Assembly (NCBI RefSeq): GCF_009914755.1
Contig: NC_060947.1
DNA length: 64,000 nt
Strand: one strand, 5' to 3'
Origin: the human T2T-CHM13v2.0 reference genome, Homo sapiens
The notes below the pieces were generated by a model. It saw nothing but the letters and a program-made list of their open reading frames with translations, did no database searches and had not been told where the DNA came from. Positions 26,924-40,149 of this stretch are shown in pieces (the stretch's first letter is position 1; every line of letters begins with the position of its first letter). A program made the position numbers and the translations under genes.

Positions 26924-29050
26924 GTGCATTGATTTTGTATCCGAAAAACTTTACTGAAGTTGTTTATCTGTTCTAGGAGATTTTCTCTTGAGTCCTTAAG
27001 ATTTTTCTAGGTATAGAATCATATCATTATCAAAGAGAGTGTATTAGTCTGTTCTTGAATTGCTATAAAGAAATACCTGAGACTGGGTAATTTATAAAGA
27101 CAAGAGGTTTAATTGGCTCACAGCTCTGCAGTCTGTACAGGAAACATGTTGCTGGTATCTGCTAGGCTTCTGAGGAGGCCTCAGGAAACTTACAATCATG
27201 GCAGAAGGGAAAGGGGGAGAAGGCATATTACATGGTTGAAGCATGAGCAGGAGAAAGGGAAGGGAGAGGTGTTACACACTTTTACATTATCAGATCTCAT
27301 GAGAACTCACTCACTGTCATAAGAACAGCACCAAGAAGATAGTGTTAAAACATTTATGGAAAATCCAGCCCCATGATTCAACCACCTCCTACCAGGCCCC
27401 ACCTCAAACACTGGGGATTATAATTCAACATGAGATTTGGTGGGGTTCCAGATCCAAACCATATCAGAGAGATAGTTTGACTTCTTTTCTCATTTGGATG
27501 CATTTTATTTCTTTTCTTGCCTGATCGCTCTGGCTACAGCTTCCAGTACTATGTTGAACAGGAATGGTGGGAGTGGGCATTCTTGTCTTTTTCTGCTTCT
27601 CAAGGGTAATGCTTCTAGCTTTTGTCTGTTCAGTATTACATTGGTTGTTCATTTTTCATAGATGGCTCTTATTATTTTGAGGTATGCTCCTTTGATGCCT
27701 AGTCTATTGAGAGTCTTTATTATGAAAGGATGTTGGATTTTTTGAAAAATATTTTCTACATCTATTGAGATGATCAAATGTTTTTTCGCTCTTAATTCTG
27801 TTTATGTGGTGAATCACATTTGGTCATTTATATATGTTGAGCCAGCCTTGCATCCCAGGAATAAAGCCTACTCGATTGTGGTGTATTAACTTTTTGACGT
27901 ACTGCTGAATTTTTTTGCTAGTATTTTGTCAAGGATTTTTGCATCTTTGTTAATGAAGAATATTGGTGTGTATTTTACTTTGGTAATTGTTTCTGCCAGA
28001 TTTTGCTATCTGGTTGATGTAGAATGAGTTAGCAAGGAGCCTTTCCTCCTCAATTTTTTGGAATTGTTTCAGTAAGGTTGGTACCAGTTATTTGTACATC
28101 TGGTAGAATTTGGCTGTGAATCTATCCGGTCTAGGGCTTTTTTAGTTTGGTAAATTAATTTTTAAATTACTGATTCAATTTCAGAACTTGCTATTGATCT
28201 TTACAAGTTTCCATTTTCTTCCTGGTTAAATCTGGGTAGTTTGTGTTTCTAGGAATTTACTACTTCTAGATTTTCTAATTTTTGTCTATGAGGTGTCCAT
28301 AATAAGGCTCTGAGGATCTTTATAATTTTTGTGGATAACTTGTAGTGTTATTTTTGTAATTCTGAGTGTAGTTATTTGAATCTTCTCTCTTTTGTTCTTG
28401 GTTAGTCTAGCCAGCAAACAATCTTATTTATTCTTCTGAATAAGAAACTCTTTGTTTCATTTATATAAGGATTTTTGCAACTGAATTTCACTCAATTCTT
28501 TTCTAATTTTAGTTATTTATTTTCCTCTGCTAGCTTTGGGATTGGTTTGTTCTTTTTTTCTAGTTCTTCTAGGTACAAAGTTAGATTGTTAGCTTGAGAT
28601 CTAACTTCTTGATGAAGGTGTCTAGTGCCATAAACTTTCCTCTTAACACTGCTTTAGCTGCAGCCCAAGGATTTTGGTAAGCTGTGCCTCTGTTTTCATT
28701 AATTTCAAAGAATTTTGGGATTTCTACCTTAATTTCATTGTGCACCCAAGAGTTATTCAGAAGGAAGTTGTTTAATTTGCATGTATTATGGATTTGTGGA
28801 GTTTTGAGAGATCTTCTTGATATTTATTTCTCATTTTATTGTACGGTGGTCCAAGATTGTGCTTGGGATGATTTTGATTTTTAAAAAATTTAATGAGACC
28901 TGCTTTATGACTATGTGTTTGATTTTAGAATATGTTCCATCTGCAAATGATATAAATGCATACTCTGTAGTTTTGGATTGGAGACTCCTGTCTGTTAGTT
29001 CCCATTGATTAAGTGTCCAGTTTAAGTCCAGAATTTCTTTGTTAGTTTTT
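26924..29050 (-). mobile_element. L1 (late L1PA/L1PB/L1MA-type) ORF2 middle fragment
   Basis: Antisense ORF2 sequence on both sides of the MSTA LTR, with no 3' UTR. Confidence 0.85.
27040..27466 (-). mobile_element. MSTA solo LTR
   Basis: TG...CA termini (tgtattagtc...ccaaaccatatca). 5-bp TSD GAGAG at 27035-27039 and 27467-27471. Confidence 0.92.
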
Positions 29051-30049
29051 CAAGATCAATTGTTTTAAAAATCAAAATAAGCTGGGAAATGTCAGCTTAC
29101 TTTCCAATTATTAAAGCACAAACTATGCTTTTGGATGTTTTGCCAAACTTCAACTAAAAATTGGCTGACTTAAAAAAATGCAATTTTTCTGGTTGCCAGG
29201 TAGTTATTTTTCCATGTGAAATACTGTCTTCAGGGGACATTTTGAATTAACAGAGTTGTTTAAACAAAATAGTCACTAAGCATAGCCAGTAATTACTTGC
29301 CACGATTTTATTTCCATTTCTTTTACAATCCTGACTTCCTGTGCAATTTAATCTGGAGTTGCCATCATGTTAACTGTCTCACAATTTATTCAATGGAAGT
29401 CTTCAGGGACCCCAATATGATGCCATTATAATGAGAGATTAGAATGCATAAGGATACAAGCCCAAAAAGGATCTATTATGATGCCAATTTGATGTCTCAA
29501 TGAATATGATGGCAGAACTATTACAACACTGTCTTTGGAGAACCCACATTGAGGGATAGGATTATAAAGAGATGACAGACATATTATAATACATATTTGA
29601 GAGTTATGTCAAGTTATGAAAAAGTCAATCATGACTCCTATATTAATTCATGAAACACAGAGATGTCAAGGCCAGCCTCCTTCTAATGGTGTTAGTAAGC
29701 ATCACTGAAGAATGATATGCTCAACAGAGACTGGTATGTGAGCTGATCAACAGTGCTACCGATGTCAGTTAGTCATTAACATAATGGCTGGTACATCCTT
29801 TATAGTGGCGTATCTCTATGCAACACAGATAGCATGTGGAAAGCAATGCCCTTTTCTTCACTGTTAAAGATCAAGAAATCATTTCAACATACAGTTCTTG
29901 AGGTAGTTCCCCTGTTTTACTGTTTTCTATAAATTCCTCAACCTATCAGTTCCTTCTATTTTCTAGGTATGGATAATTTACAAGTTAATTTTTAAAAACT
30001 GAATATTTTATTTAAATATTTTAAATTAGGCTGAAATGGGGGTATGGAA

Positions 30050-30212
30050 TAATATTGAGGTTCACAATCTGGAGTTAAAATCTTGTATTTTAAAAGGTTC
30101 ATGAACTTCCTGAAATTGTGTACTGAATTGTATGTAGAAATACAGCTAGACATTTGGAGTGATGGTGCAATTCTCAAAGGGTTTCTGATTCTAAAGGTTT
30201 ACAGCAATGGTG
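30050..30212. mobile_element. hAT-Charlie non-autonomous relic
   Basis: ggttcatgaacttcctgaaattgt ... attctcaaagggtttctgattctaaagg. Confidence 0.5.
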
Positions 30213-30450
30213 CATGAGAACTTGTCTATTTTACAAGGTAAGCAATAAAACTCCTGGATATCTAGAGCAATAAGTACTCTCATTAATTATGTGCACATAT
30301 CTAAAAGGAGGTGAAATTGTAAGATTAATGTGAATGCTAGGGTAGGAGCACATTTAAATAACAACATGCCATTTTTTTATGAACACTATTTCAAGGTTGT
30401 TTTTTTTTAAATATGGAGTATGAATTACCTTACAAATACCTCTTGATTTG

Positions 30451-30802
30451 TGATATGGTTTGGCTGTGTCCCCACCCAAATCTCAATTTGAACTGTATCT
30501 ACCAGAGTTCCCACATGTGAGAGGGACCCAGAGGGGAGGTAATTGAATCATGGGGTCCAGTCTTTCCCATGTTATTCTTATGATAGTGAATAAGTCTCAT
30601 GAGATCTGATGGCTTTATCAGGGGTTTTTGCTTTTGCTTCTTCCTCATTTTATCTTGCCACCTCCATGTAAGAAGTGCTTTTCGCCTCCCGCCATGATTA
30701 TGAGGCCTCTCCAGCCATGTGGAACTGTAAGTCCAATTAAACCTCTTTTTCTTCCCAGTCTCAGGTATGTCATTATCAGCAGCATGAAAATGGACTAATA
30801 CA
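30451..30802 (+). mobile_element. THE1A LTR (5' LTR)
   Basis: tgatatggtttggctgtgtccccacccaaatctc ... atcaggggtttttgcttttgcttcttcctcattt ... ggactaataca. Confidence 0.93.
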
Positions 30803-32323
30803 GTAAATTAATACCAGTAGAGTGGGGCACTGCTGAAAAGATACCCAAAAATGAGGAAACAACTTTGGAACTGGGTAGCAGGCAGAGTTTGGAACAGTTT
30901 GGAGGGCTCAGAAGAAGGCAGGAAAGTTTGGATCCTCCTGGAGGCTTGTTGAATAAATTTGACAAAAATGCTGATAGCGATATGAACAATAAGGCCCAGG
31001 CGAGGTGGTCTCAGATGGAGATGAGAAACTTGTTGGGAACTGGAGCAAAGGTGACTCTTGTAATGTTTTAGCAAAGAGATTGGCAGCATTTTGTCCCTGC
31101 CCTAGAGATTTGTGGAACTTTGAACTTGACAGAGATGATTTAGGGTATCTGGTCAAAAAATTTCTAAGCAGCAAAGCATTCAAAAGGTGGCTTAGGTGCT
31201 GTTAAAGCATTGTTTTAAAAGAGAAATAGAGCATAAAAGTTCAGAAAATTTGCAGCCTGACAATGTAGTGGAAAAGAAAAACCCTTTTTCTAGGGAGGAA
31301 CTCAAGCTAGCTGAAGAAATTTGCATAAATAGCAAGGAGCCTAATGTTAATCCCCAAGACCATGGGGGAAATGTCTCCAGGCCATGTCAGAGACGTTCAC
31401 GGCAGCCCCTCTGATCACAGGCCCAGAGGCCCAGGAGTAAAAAGTGGTTTTGTGGGCTGGTCCCAGGTGCTGTGTGCAGCCTAGGGACTTGGTACTCTGT
31501 GTCCCAGCTGCTCCAGCTGTGACTGAAAGAGGCCAATGTACAGCTTGGGCTGCAGCTTCAGGGGGTGGATGCTCCAAGCCTTGGCCACTTACACATGGTG
31601 TTGAGCCTGCAGGTGCACAGAATTCAAGAATTGAGATTTGGGAAACTCCGCCTAGATTTCAGAAGATGCATGGAAATGACTGGATGCCCAGGCAAATGTT
31701 CTCCTCATGGAGAATCTCTGCTAGGGCCGTGTGGAAGGGAAATGTGGGGTCAGAGCCCCCACACAGAGTCTCTACTTGGGCACTGCCTAGCGGAGCTGTG
31801 AGAAGAGGGCCACTGTGCTCCAGACCCCAGAATGGTAGACCCACTGGCAGTTTGCACTGTGTTCCTGGAAAAGCCAGAAACGTTCAACACCAGTCTGTGA
31901 AAGCAGCTGGGAGGAAGGCTGTACCCTGCAAAGCCACAAGGGTGGAGCTTCCCAAGATCATGGGAACCCACCTTTTGCATCAGTGTGACCTTGATTGTGA
32001 GACATGGAGTCAAAGGAGATCATTATGGAACTTTAAAATTTGACTGTCCTGCTGGATTTTGGACTTGCATGGGCCCTGTAACCCCTTTGTTTTTGCCAAT
32101 TTCTCCCATTTGGAATGGCTGTATTTACCCAATACCTGTACCTCCATTGTATCTAGGAAGTAACTAGCTTTCTTTTGATTTTACAGAGTCATAGGCAGAA
32201 GGGACTTGCCTTGTCTCAGATGAAACTTTGGACTGTGGACATTTGGGTTAATGCTGAAATGAATTAAGACTTTGGGGGACTGTTGGGAAGGCATGATTGG
32301 TTTTAAAATGTTAGGACATGAGA
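30803..32323 (+). mobile_element. THE1A internal region; PPT and 3' LTR missing
   Basis: Continuous THE1-internal sequence up to ggacatgaga. The 199-aa ORF at 31444-32043 lies in it. Confidence 0.92.
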
Positions 32324-32560
32324 CACTTTCTTGTTATGTCCTCAAAAGGGTTTTCCTTGGTGTGTAAACATGGAGAGAGAGAGAGAGAAATAGACAACTT
32401 CCTCTTCTTACAAGGCCACTAATCCCATCATTAGGGTCTTATCCTCAAGACCTTATCTAACCCTAATTATCTCCAAAGGCCCCATCTTCAAATTCCATCA
32501 CCTTGGGGGATAGCATTTCAATATATGAATTTCAGAGGGGACACAATTCAGTCCAAAACA
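32324..32560 (-). mobile_element. MLT1A/B LTR, partial
   Basis: ctcttcttacaaggccactaatcccatc ... ggggacacaattcagtccaaaaca. Confidence 0.8.
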
Positions 32561-32761
32561 GAGGCCCAAGTTCATATAGCTAGTAAGGGAGACTTCCATC
32601 CTCAGTTATCTCTCTTTCCACTTTAACTCTTTACTTCTATCTCTACAGGGTCTTTGTTTCTAATAAAAATCCTCCTTATTGATGTTTCTCCTAATTTTGT
32701 TTGATCCTACTGCTATATTTATATTTGAAGTTGTTGATGCTTTTATTATTCAGTCAGTATC

Positions 32762-33126
32762 TGCAATAGAACAAATGTTTGTGTCCCTGCACTCCCAAAT
32801 TCATATGTTGAATTCTATACTCAAGGTGATGGTATTAGGAGGTGCGACTTTTGGGAAGTGATTAGGATATGAGGGTGGAGCCCTCATGATAAAAGATCAG
32901 TGCCCTTATAAAAGAGACCCCAGAAAGTTCTCTCCTCCTCTTTCTACCACATGATGACATAGGAAGTTGGCAGTCTGCAACCTAGAAAGGGGCCCTCACC
33001 AGAACTCAACCATATGTAGTCCCCTGCTCTTGGGCTTCCAGATTCCAGAAGTGTGAGAAATAAGCTTTTATTGTTTATAAGCCACCCAGTCTATGATGCT
33101 TTGCTATAGCTGCCTGAATTAAGACA
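32762..33126 (+). mobile_element. MLT1A0-like solo LTR
   Basis: TG...CA termini with typical MLT1A internal motifs. 5-bp TSD GTATC at 32757-32761 and 33127-33131. Confidence 0.88.
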
Positions 33127-33269
33127 GTATCCTTTTAACATGTGCCAAACCTTAGGCTACGTTTGTTAAAGTTACCCAAATGAATGAGACACAGTTCTTA
33201 CCAACAAAGTGGGGGGTGGATGGGGAGGAAGGAAATAAGAAAACTAGAAGAAATTGGGTACAATGTGTA

Positions 33270-33600
33270 AAGGGTGCATTCCCTCTGATCAAGGAACTCA
33301 TCGTATTGCAAATGAAGTGCAGCAATTGACTCATGTATATGAGATTCCTGGTCTTATTTCATTTACCACTACCCTGAAGCAGCTGAGCTGATAGAACAAA
33401 GGAATGACCCTTTGAAGATTCAATTATGATACCATCTGGATAGTAATACTCTGTGAAGTAAGAATAGCACTCTCCAGTATGTAAATTATGTGCTACATCA
33501 GTGACCAATACATGGTCTTGTTTTTCCCATAGCCAAAATTAACTGGTCAAAAAACAAATTACTTCTAGTAATTTACTAGCAAAGATATTACTTATGTTCT
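33270..33600 (+). mobile_element. ERVL internal remnant (integrase region)
   Basis: Degenerate translation SDQGTH..A.EVQQ....PEAA.LIE matches the ERVL integrase catalytic core. Confidence 0.8.
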
Positions 33601-33629
33601 TATTTTGGAGTCTATTTGAAATTTGTAGT

Positions 33630-34682
<1,053 letters not shown>

Positions 34683-34687
34683 AATGA

Positions 34688-35026
<339 letters not shown>

Positions 35027-35034
35027 TATTGTTT

Positions 35035-35746
35035 CCATATGAAAGACAAATATTGTTAACAGAGATGCCTATGGATGCTAAATTGACAAGGGTCAGAATT
35101 TGGTGATTTTGTATTGTATAAAGAAAAACCTACAATTTCTAGAATTATATTATGTGTCGGCTCTAAGTTAGAATTGGCCTCTTGGCAAATTTTGGGAGAT
35201 TTTCAAGGTGGAAATGAAGCAGCAGCCATTATGCTTTAAAGATTTGTGTAGGTATTGTGGTCCAGGAATCATTGCAGTTCATGCACATCGTCACTGAGCT
35301 GCTGATTTGTCAGCTTAAAGCAGCAGCCAGGCACATAGGTTCCCCAGCTCCTACAAGTTATCTTTCAGCTTCTCTAAGTTCTGAGCTAGGCATATGTTCA
35401 GCTCCATGGCAAAAGTTGCCATCTTTTTCTAGAGGTCACCTACATTGATGGAGACCAAAGCTGTGATAGACAAGCATGGGTTCTAGTTGGTCATCTGGGA
35501 TTTTGTTTTGTCTCTGTGGGTTACAGTCTACCCTGTCTCTCTTCTGCTTCAGGTCATAGTTTTCTTCTCTAATATTGATCCTGCTGACCCTTAGTGACTT
35601 TAGACTTATCACCTGGTGCAGAGGCAACAGCTTTTCAGTCTTCTTCATTGGCTACCACAATTGCATAAGATCCAACACCTATAAGTTTTTATATTTCATG
35701 TCACTCAGAGAGGTTCTGGTTCTCTGATAAAATCCTAATTGATATA
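35035..35746 (+). mobile_element. ERVL internal 3' end plus ERVL LTR (MER74/LTR52-53-like)
   Basis: ggatgctaaattgacaagggt (end of ERVL internal region) precedes an LTR ending ggttctggttctctgataaaatcctaattgatata. Confidence 0.6.
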
Positions 35747-36289
35747 CTCTGCTTGGCTTCTCAGCCTCCTCACAGCCACTTTCTGCTAGGCATCTGTACC
35801 TGTGCCATTTATTATTTGGTGACTACCTCAGGAGGAAAACCTGCTTGAACTCTCAAGTTTACTCCTCTGCTCTTCAGTTTTCTTTGGGATCTTTGTTAGT
35901 CACTTATAGGCTCCTTTGGTAGCTGTGAACTTCATTTTTTGTTTTTTTCTTTCAGTTTCATGAAACTGACAAAAAGCTCTGCTCAACCTCTCTGACTCTT
36001 AGCAACCATTTCTACACAGCTGCTTAGCTTATCAGCCTCTCTGTTTAAGCCACATATGAGTTAGTAAATCCCTTGAGGGAAATGTATATTAAAATGTTTG
36101 CCAGATGCAGAGTACGTTTTCTCTTTTCTGTCAAAGCTTGGTTCCTCAAGTCCTGTCTTCTTCAATAGCTCTCTGATACTTTTAACCAGGCGTTTGTGGG
36201 TTTATTTGTATTTTTCAGTGTTTCTAGTTGTTCTCTTTCTCCGTTTTTCAAGATTTTGAACAAATAGCATTTCCGCTATCAAACTCTCC

Positions 36290-36530
36290 TTAACAACTTC
36301 CTTTCCAAGACTATAGGCAAACAGCAGTTCCATTGTTTATATATCAATAACACTTTGTACGCAGCTCTGTTGGCACTTACCTCACTCTAACGTTATTGTC
36401 AGTTAACATTTCTATATACCCTACTAGAATGTGTGTTGCTTGCAGGCAAAAACTGTTAATCCACATTCTATATCTTATGCACAGTACCTGGCGCATTGAG
36501 GGGCTCATTGTTTACTGAAGGAATGGGTAA
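36290..36530 (+). mobile_element. L2 3' end
   Basis: ctactagaatgtgtg...gcaggc...gcacagtacctggc...tttactgaaggaatg. Confidence 0.65.
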
Positions 36531-39102
36531 ATTATGTATAAATGCTCTATAAATGCTTACTCACTTATTCCAGAAGTTCAAATTTTTTGTCCTTTTTGAT
36601 ATTTATAATTGTTCTTGATAATATAATGTTTTTAAATACAGTGATGCTTGAGGGAGGCAGTATTTAAAATTACTTTTATATATCTATTAATACCTATTGA
36701 TTCTTTGGTAGTTTACACAGTTTTGCAGTTAACCAACACAATGCTTATTCCAAAAAAAAATAGGATTTCAAGAAGTAAATGATAATGTTAATGCTTCATT
36801 ATTCTTTTAATGATATCGCAAGAAGGACAGCAATCAACTTCGAGAATTGTTGAGAATAAAATAATCATCTAACCACTCCTTCCTCTATGAGGTCTCATGA
36901 TCCATCTTCTATCTTCTGACTGTCTGCCTCCCCAGAGTGCCAGACGGAGTAATCTATTCACGTTAACTGTGAGGGTGAGCAATTCAGTCAATCATTTGAA
37001 ATCTTTGTCTAACCAACACAAAGCATCTGGATATTTAGAAACCTCTAGACGACTGACTACATTTTTCACTTTACATCCAGATGTTTTGGTGTCATGAAGA
37101 CACAGTCTATTGCTCAGAAAAATGGAATTGTGGTAAAAACATTAACACACGGTCTTTTCTCAAACAGTTCTGATTTACATTACTCATTTTCTTATGAGTA
37201 AATTTCTATTTATGCATGTTTCTAACATTGGCCAAACATTAGTAAACCAAAACCACACTATGTACAGAAAATAACAACTTTCTGAATATATAACCAGGAA
37301 AGAAAATTTTGTTTCCTTAGACACTTTTTATAAAGCAGACTACATACATCTTTGCCACATATGCATTGTCATACCTTGAACTTACGTAAAATATAGAAAA
37401 TAACACAGTAGGGATGCATTTACTACAAAGAAGAAATCATCCAATGGGTGCAACATGCCTACAACCTCAAACAGAAAGGACCTGTAAGAATCTCAAGTTC
37501 ATGGGAAAATGAGTCAATGCATTCTGGAAACATTATACTACTATGGTTCAACTTATCAATGGAAAAGAGTTAAATATCATTGAAGGAATAGCTTTAAGGT
37601 ATTCATAAGGTCAAACACTTTCACAAACTAGCATGTTGTCTGTGCCTAATTCATGTACATTTTTAAAAGCAATATCCTTTCCAATTTATTTTTTAGATCT
37701 TCAAACCAGAAACATAATTTGTGATAACTCTGATTTCCAACTTTGTAACCTTTCCTTGGATTGACTTACTGTTAAAGTACTTACAGTAAGGCTGACCAAA
37801 TCTGTCATGTAGGCAGTAGTAATAGCTGTATATAATGAAGTCCACTCATTCAAGTGTCTAGGTATATAAATTCATCCTTAATCATATGAAAAATGATCTC
37901 ATAATTTACAGTGTTTGCAGCATACCATTTTAGATTAATTTCATAATTTTATATTGTTTAAAGGTCCTTTGTTCTCAGTGATTATGTATCTACCTAGTAA
38001 AATCTATAACATACGACTTTGTTCTACAAACCACTAATTTATAATCATTTTGCATATGTCAGTTCTGATAATTATGGTGCTGTACAATCTGTATGAGTTG
38101 ACAGTATTTTGGCAGAAGCAGCCAGTTTTTATTATTATTATTTACATGGCAATTTCAGCTCTGTTTGAATTTTCATTGCATTTACAATTATCCTTCTGGG
38201 TTATTTTCATACCACTGAATAAAAATGGCTACCCTTACTTGATCTGTTTCAATACCAGTGACTCTAATATCCTTTAACAATTTAACTTTGTACATTTAAA
38301 ATATTATTTTTTCACTGACTGGGAAGTTTTGTTGAATTCATATAAACCACTTAATATTGCGTTATACTATTTAACCGCCTTTGGCCATCCTCCTTTAAAT
38401 TACATTTTGTCAGGATCTCCCTATTAGAAATTTCACTGCAAACTCTCATTGAAGTTAGGTTTTGAGATGCAAATGAGGATAAGGAAAAGACAAGCAAAAC
38501 AAGCTGTTTGTCTTATTATTTTTCTACAAGTTCACATTCTGCTGATGAAATAATTCATGCATTTTAATGTTCATCATTACCTGAAGCATATTTTTATGTA
38601 TTAGGTTATTACTGATTATTATTTATATAACACAGTTTACTAGATTCAAGCAGAAGTAGAAGACTATAAATTGAATACATAATTATTTTTGGTTAGAAAG
38701 ATGATGGATTATTTTACATGCATAGTTGTCATATGCAATAGTGAAAATTAAATGTGAGTTGACTAATTCTTCCAAGGGTCAGAGTTTCCTATAAGTCCTC
38801 CAAATTTAGATTGTAATGTTGAAGGGCAAGTAGGCTGGGTGTGGTTTCTTCCTTGTAGGAAAAGGTGAACTCTTGACAGCTTCAAATTCACAAAAACTAA
38901 TAGAATTTCAAAATTGGTTCTCAGAACAATCAAATCAAGAGGAAAGCCACAAGAGTCAGTCTAGTTATTTGTTATCAAGCAAACAAAATAACAGATGCCT
39001 TCAATTTTTTTTTTCAAATTGTTTTTTGGGATTGTAAAGGCACTGCATGGATCACGTGTTCCAGAGGATTCTGCTGTTCTGCTGTCAGGAATTATGTCTT
39101 AA

Positions 39103-39131
39103 ACACACGTACACACACACACACACACACA
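39103..39131. repeat. (CA)n microsatellite
   Basis: Interrupted CA run. Confidence 0.9.
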
Positions 39132-39924
39132 TGCCTATCTGACCATTACTTATAGACACACTGAACAGTGTGCCCAAGACTAGGGATGTCAAATAGTGGC
39201 TGTCTCCAATTCCTATTTTTTACTGCTAGATCTAAAGCTGATGTACTGTGCTGCCACAGTAGAACGTTTATCATGATCCAGCCCACAGACATCTTGGTTA
39301 CACTAGTGGTTAGCAAAGTACTTCATGATCTTTATGCCTAAATGATGCCCGACAGTCAGGTTTCACTATCATTGCAGGAAGCAACTTCTTCCTACTTTTT
39401 TCATGACCTTGGATGATAAAAGGACATAAAGGGGAGTCTAACAACCTTCTTCATCTAAAAGGAAATGACATCTTTAAAAATGATCTCATCTCTTTCTGCA
39501 GAAAATAGAGTTATTATCCTCCCTTATCCTCCCTTCAGCTGCAGCCATTTTCTGCCCTCTAATATGTGAGGCCACCCATGACATGTAAAATTTAGTGAAG
39601 GTAAATTCAACTCACTTGGAGAATGACAAAAAGAAAAGGGGAGAAAAGAAAAGAAAAAAAAAAGAAAAGAAAAGAGGCTGAACGAGCCCACTGATTGCTG
39701 GTGCACTGAAGCTTATACAGCCAGGAGAAAGGACATCAAGCAGAGTGCATTTCCACATAAGTGACAGTGAGGAGTGAGACCTGCCAGTGGGCAGAGGGGA
39801 GAGGAAAAAGTGAGGCAATTTGGACTTCCAACCAGGGAAATGTGGCTATTAAAGCTAACTGTTGGATAAACAAAGGAAATGGAAATTTACTTCTAGATTA
39901 ATCTGAATTAATTTAATTTGACAG

Positions 39925-40110
39925 CATGCATGGTTGAGGGGATAGAGCACTTGTCTGGTAGTCAGGAGCCTTGGATTTGCAGCTCTGCTACCAACTCTAG
40001 TAAATTGCTTTGCCTTTAGCCCTTCACAGAGATAATGGCAACTGTCCTTTGCTTTGTTTTCAAGATGTGCAATAATGTCCATAGAGTGTTTGAAGCTCTA
40101 TAGAGCAAAG
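39925..40110 (+). mobile_element. MIR3/MIR relic
   Basis: gatagagcacttgtctggtagtcaggagccttggatttgcagctctgctacc. Confidence 0.55.
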
Positions 40111-40149
40111 CTCCACATATAAGCATTTGATCCATTTGGAATTAAGCAT

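Noticed and set aside
19890-27670. L1PB (to 20204) and the L1 at 26924-29050 as one element split by L1MC
   Set aside because: They overlap in ORF2 coordinates, and L1MC is the older family, so it cannot have inserted into L1PB.
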